Virus record (IMG/VR): IMGVR_UViG_3300027851_000013
DNA length: 54,674 nt
Direction: 5' to 3' (one strand)
Source of the DNA: an uncultured virus (IMG/VR IMGVR_UViG_3300027851_000013)
Taxonomy: Duplodnaviria > Heunggongvirae > Uroviricota > Caudoviricetes
The stretch's first letter is position 1, and each line of letters starts with the position of its first letter. Positions 54,256 through 54,674 of this stretch are shown in pieces. Made by a program: the position numbers and the translations under genes. Under the pieces are notes generated by a model. It was not told the DNA's origin. It made no database searches and saw only the letters and a program-made list of their open reading frames with translations.

Positions 54256-54674
54256 ATGGCTAAGAACAAGTCTCAGCAGACCCGCACCCACACCCCGAAG
54301 CCGATTCCCGCCCTCCTGGAGGGTAGCTTCTCGACGGCCGTCGAGAATCGCATCGCCGAGATGAACAACCATCTCGCTCGGGAGGGTCGTCTCACCAACG
54401 ATCCCCTCGCGGTGATGCTGCGTGCCCTTCGTACGGACCTCAAGGCCACCGGGGCATTCAGCTTCGAGCGGGTCCTTCCGGGTACGACGACTCCGATTCC
54501 GACCACGGTCGAGGCAAACGCCCCCCGGAAGAATGCGGCTCCCAAGAAGAACGCTCCCCCGAAGAAGGCGAACACCGTGCAGGTGTCCTCGGACTCCGTG
54601 CGAGTCATCTCTCCAGATGAGATCGAGTCGCTCCAGGTCGAGGGCTCGGTGGACGAGGAGAACGGGGCGCCCTA
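54256..54674 (+). CDS. 3'-truncated high-GC protein MAKNKSQQTRTHTPKP... (not in ORF track)
   Basis: GGAG RBS; open to window end; strong G/C at third positions; NAPRK/NAAPKK/NAPPKK repeats. Confidence 0.8.
   Translation, partial: MAKNKSQQTRTHTPKPIPALLEGSFSTAVENRIAEMNNHLAREGRLTNDPLAVMLRALRTDLKATGAFSFERVLPGTTTPIPTTVEANAPRKNAAPKKNAPPKKANTVQVSSDSVRVISPDEIESLQVEGSVDEENGAP

Noticed and set aside
54273..54608. 111-aa minus-strand ORF
   Set aside because: Shadow of the + strand gene starting at 54256, which has an RBS and codon bias
1..54674. Stop-codon reassignment explaining the short ORFs
   Set aside because: Recognisable enzymes are full length in code 11; TAA, TAG and TGA all end genes, with start-stop overlaps
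1..54674. tRNA genes or reverse transcriptase-based systems (retron, DGR)
   Set aside because: No cloverleaf seen in the few short intergenic gaps and no RT motifs seen; tRNAscan/Infernal not run

Overview
Fragment of a large (jumbo-type) bacteriophage genome, apparently from its non-structural accessory region. About 110 short, tightly packed CDSs lie almost all on the + strand, many coupled by ATGA/TGATG overlaps. I saw no capsid/tail genes, tRNA, rRNA, CRISPR array or integrase. Recognisable genes: Thg1-like 3'-5' nucleotidyltransferase, RNase H, ATP-grasp, NADAR-DUF4326 fusion, Nudix, amidase plus endonuclease VII-like pair (minus strand), Gp88-like Cys-rich protein, SprT, GNAT, cyclic-phosphate receiver, DRB0094-type RNA ligase, EpmC-like protein, rIIA/rIIB, histidine phosphatase and a myxobacterial-style Cys-rich lipoprotein (host inferred to be Myxococcota). 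Most interesting signals: (1) ten + strand copies of ACCCTGNYCATANTA, nine at gene boundaries, often embedded in or followed by hairpins, some of which occlude the next Shine-Dalgarno; (2) a 57-aa ORF missing from the ORF track that reproduces the family A DNA polymerase fingers/O-helix (DIH...RxxxKxxxFxxxYG), among several other isolated host-protein fragments (EF-Ts N-domain, Phd-like, Rho-N-like, PEP phospho-His domain). All family calls come from motif recognition by eye; no searches were run.
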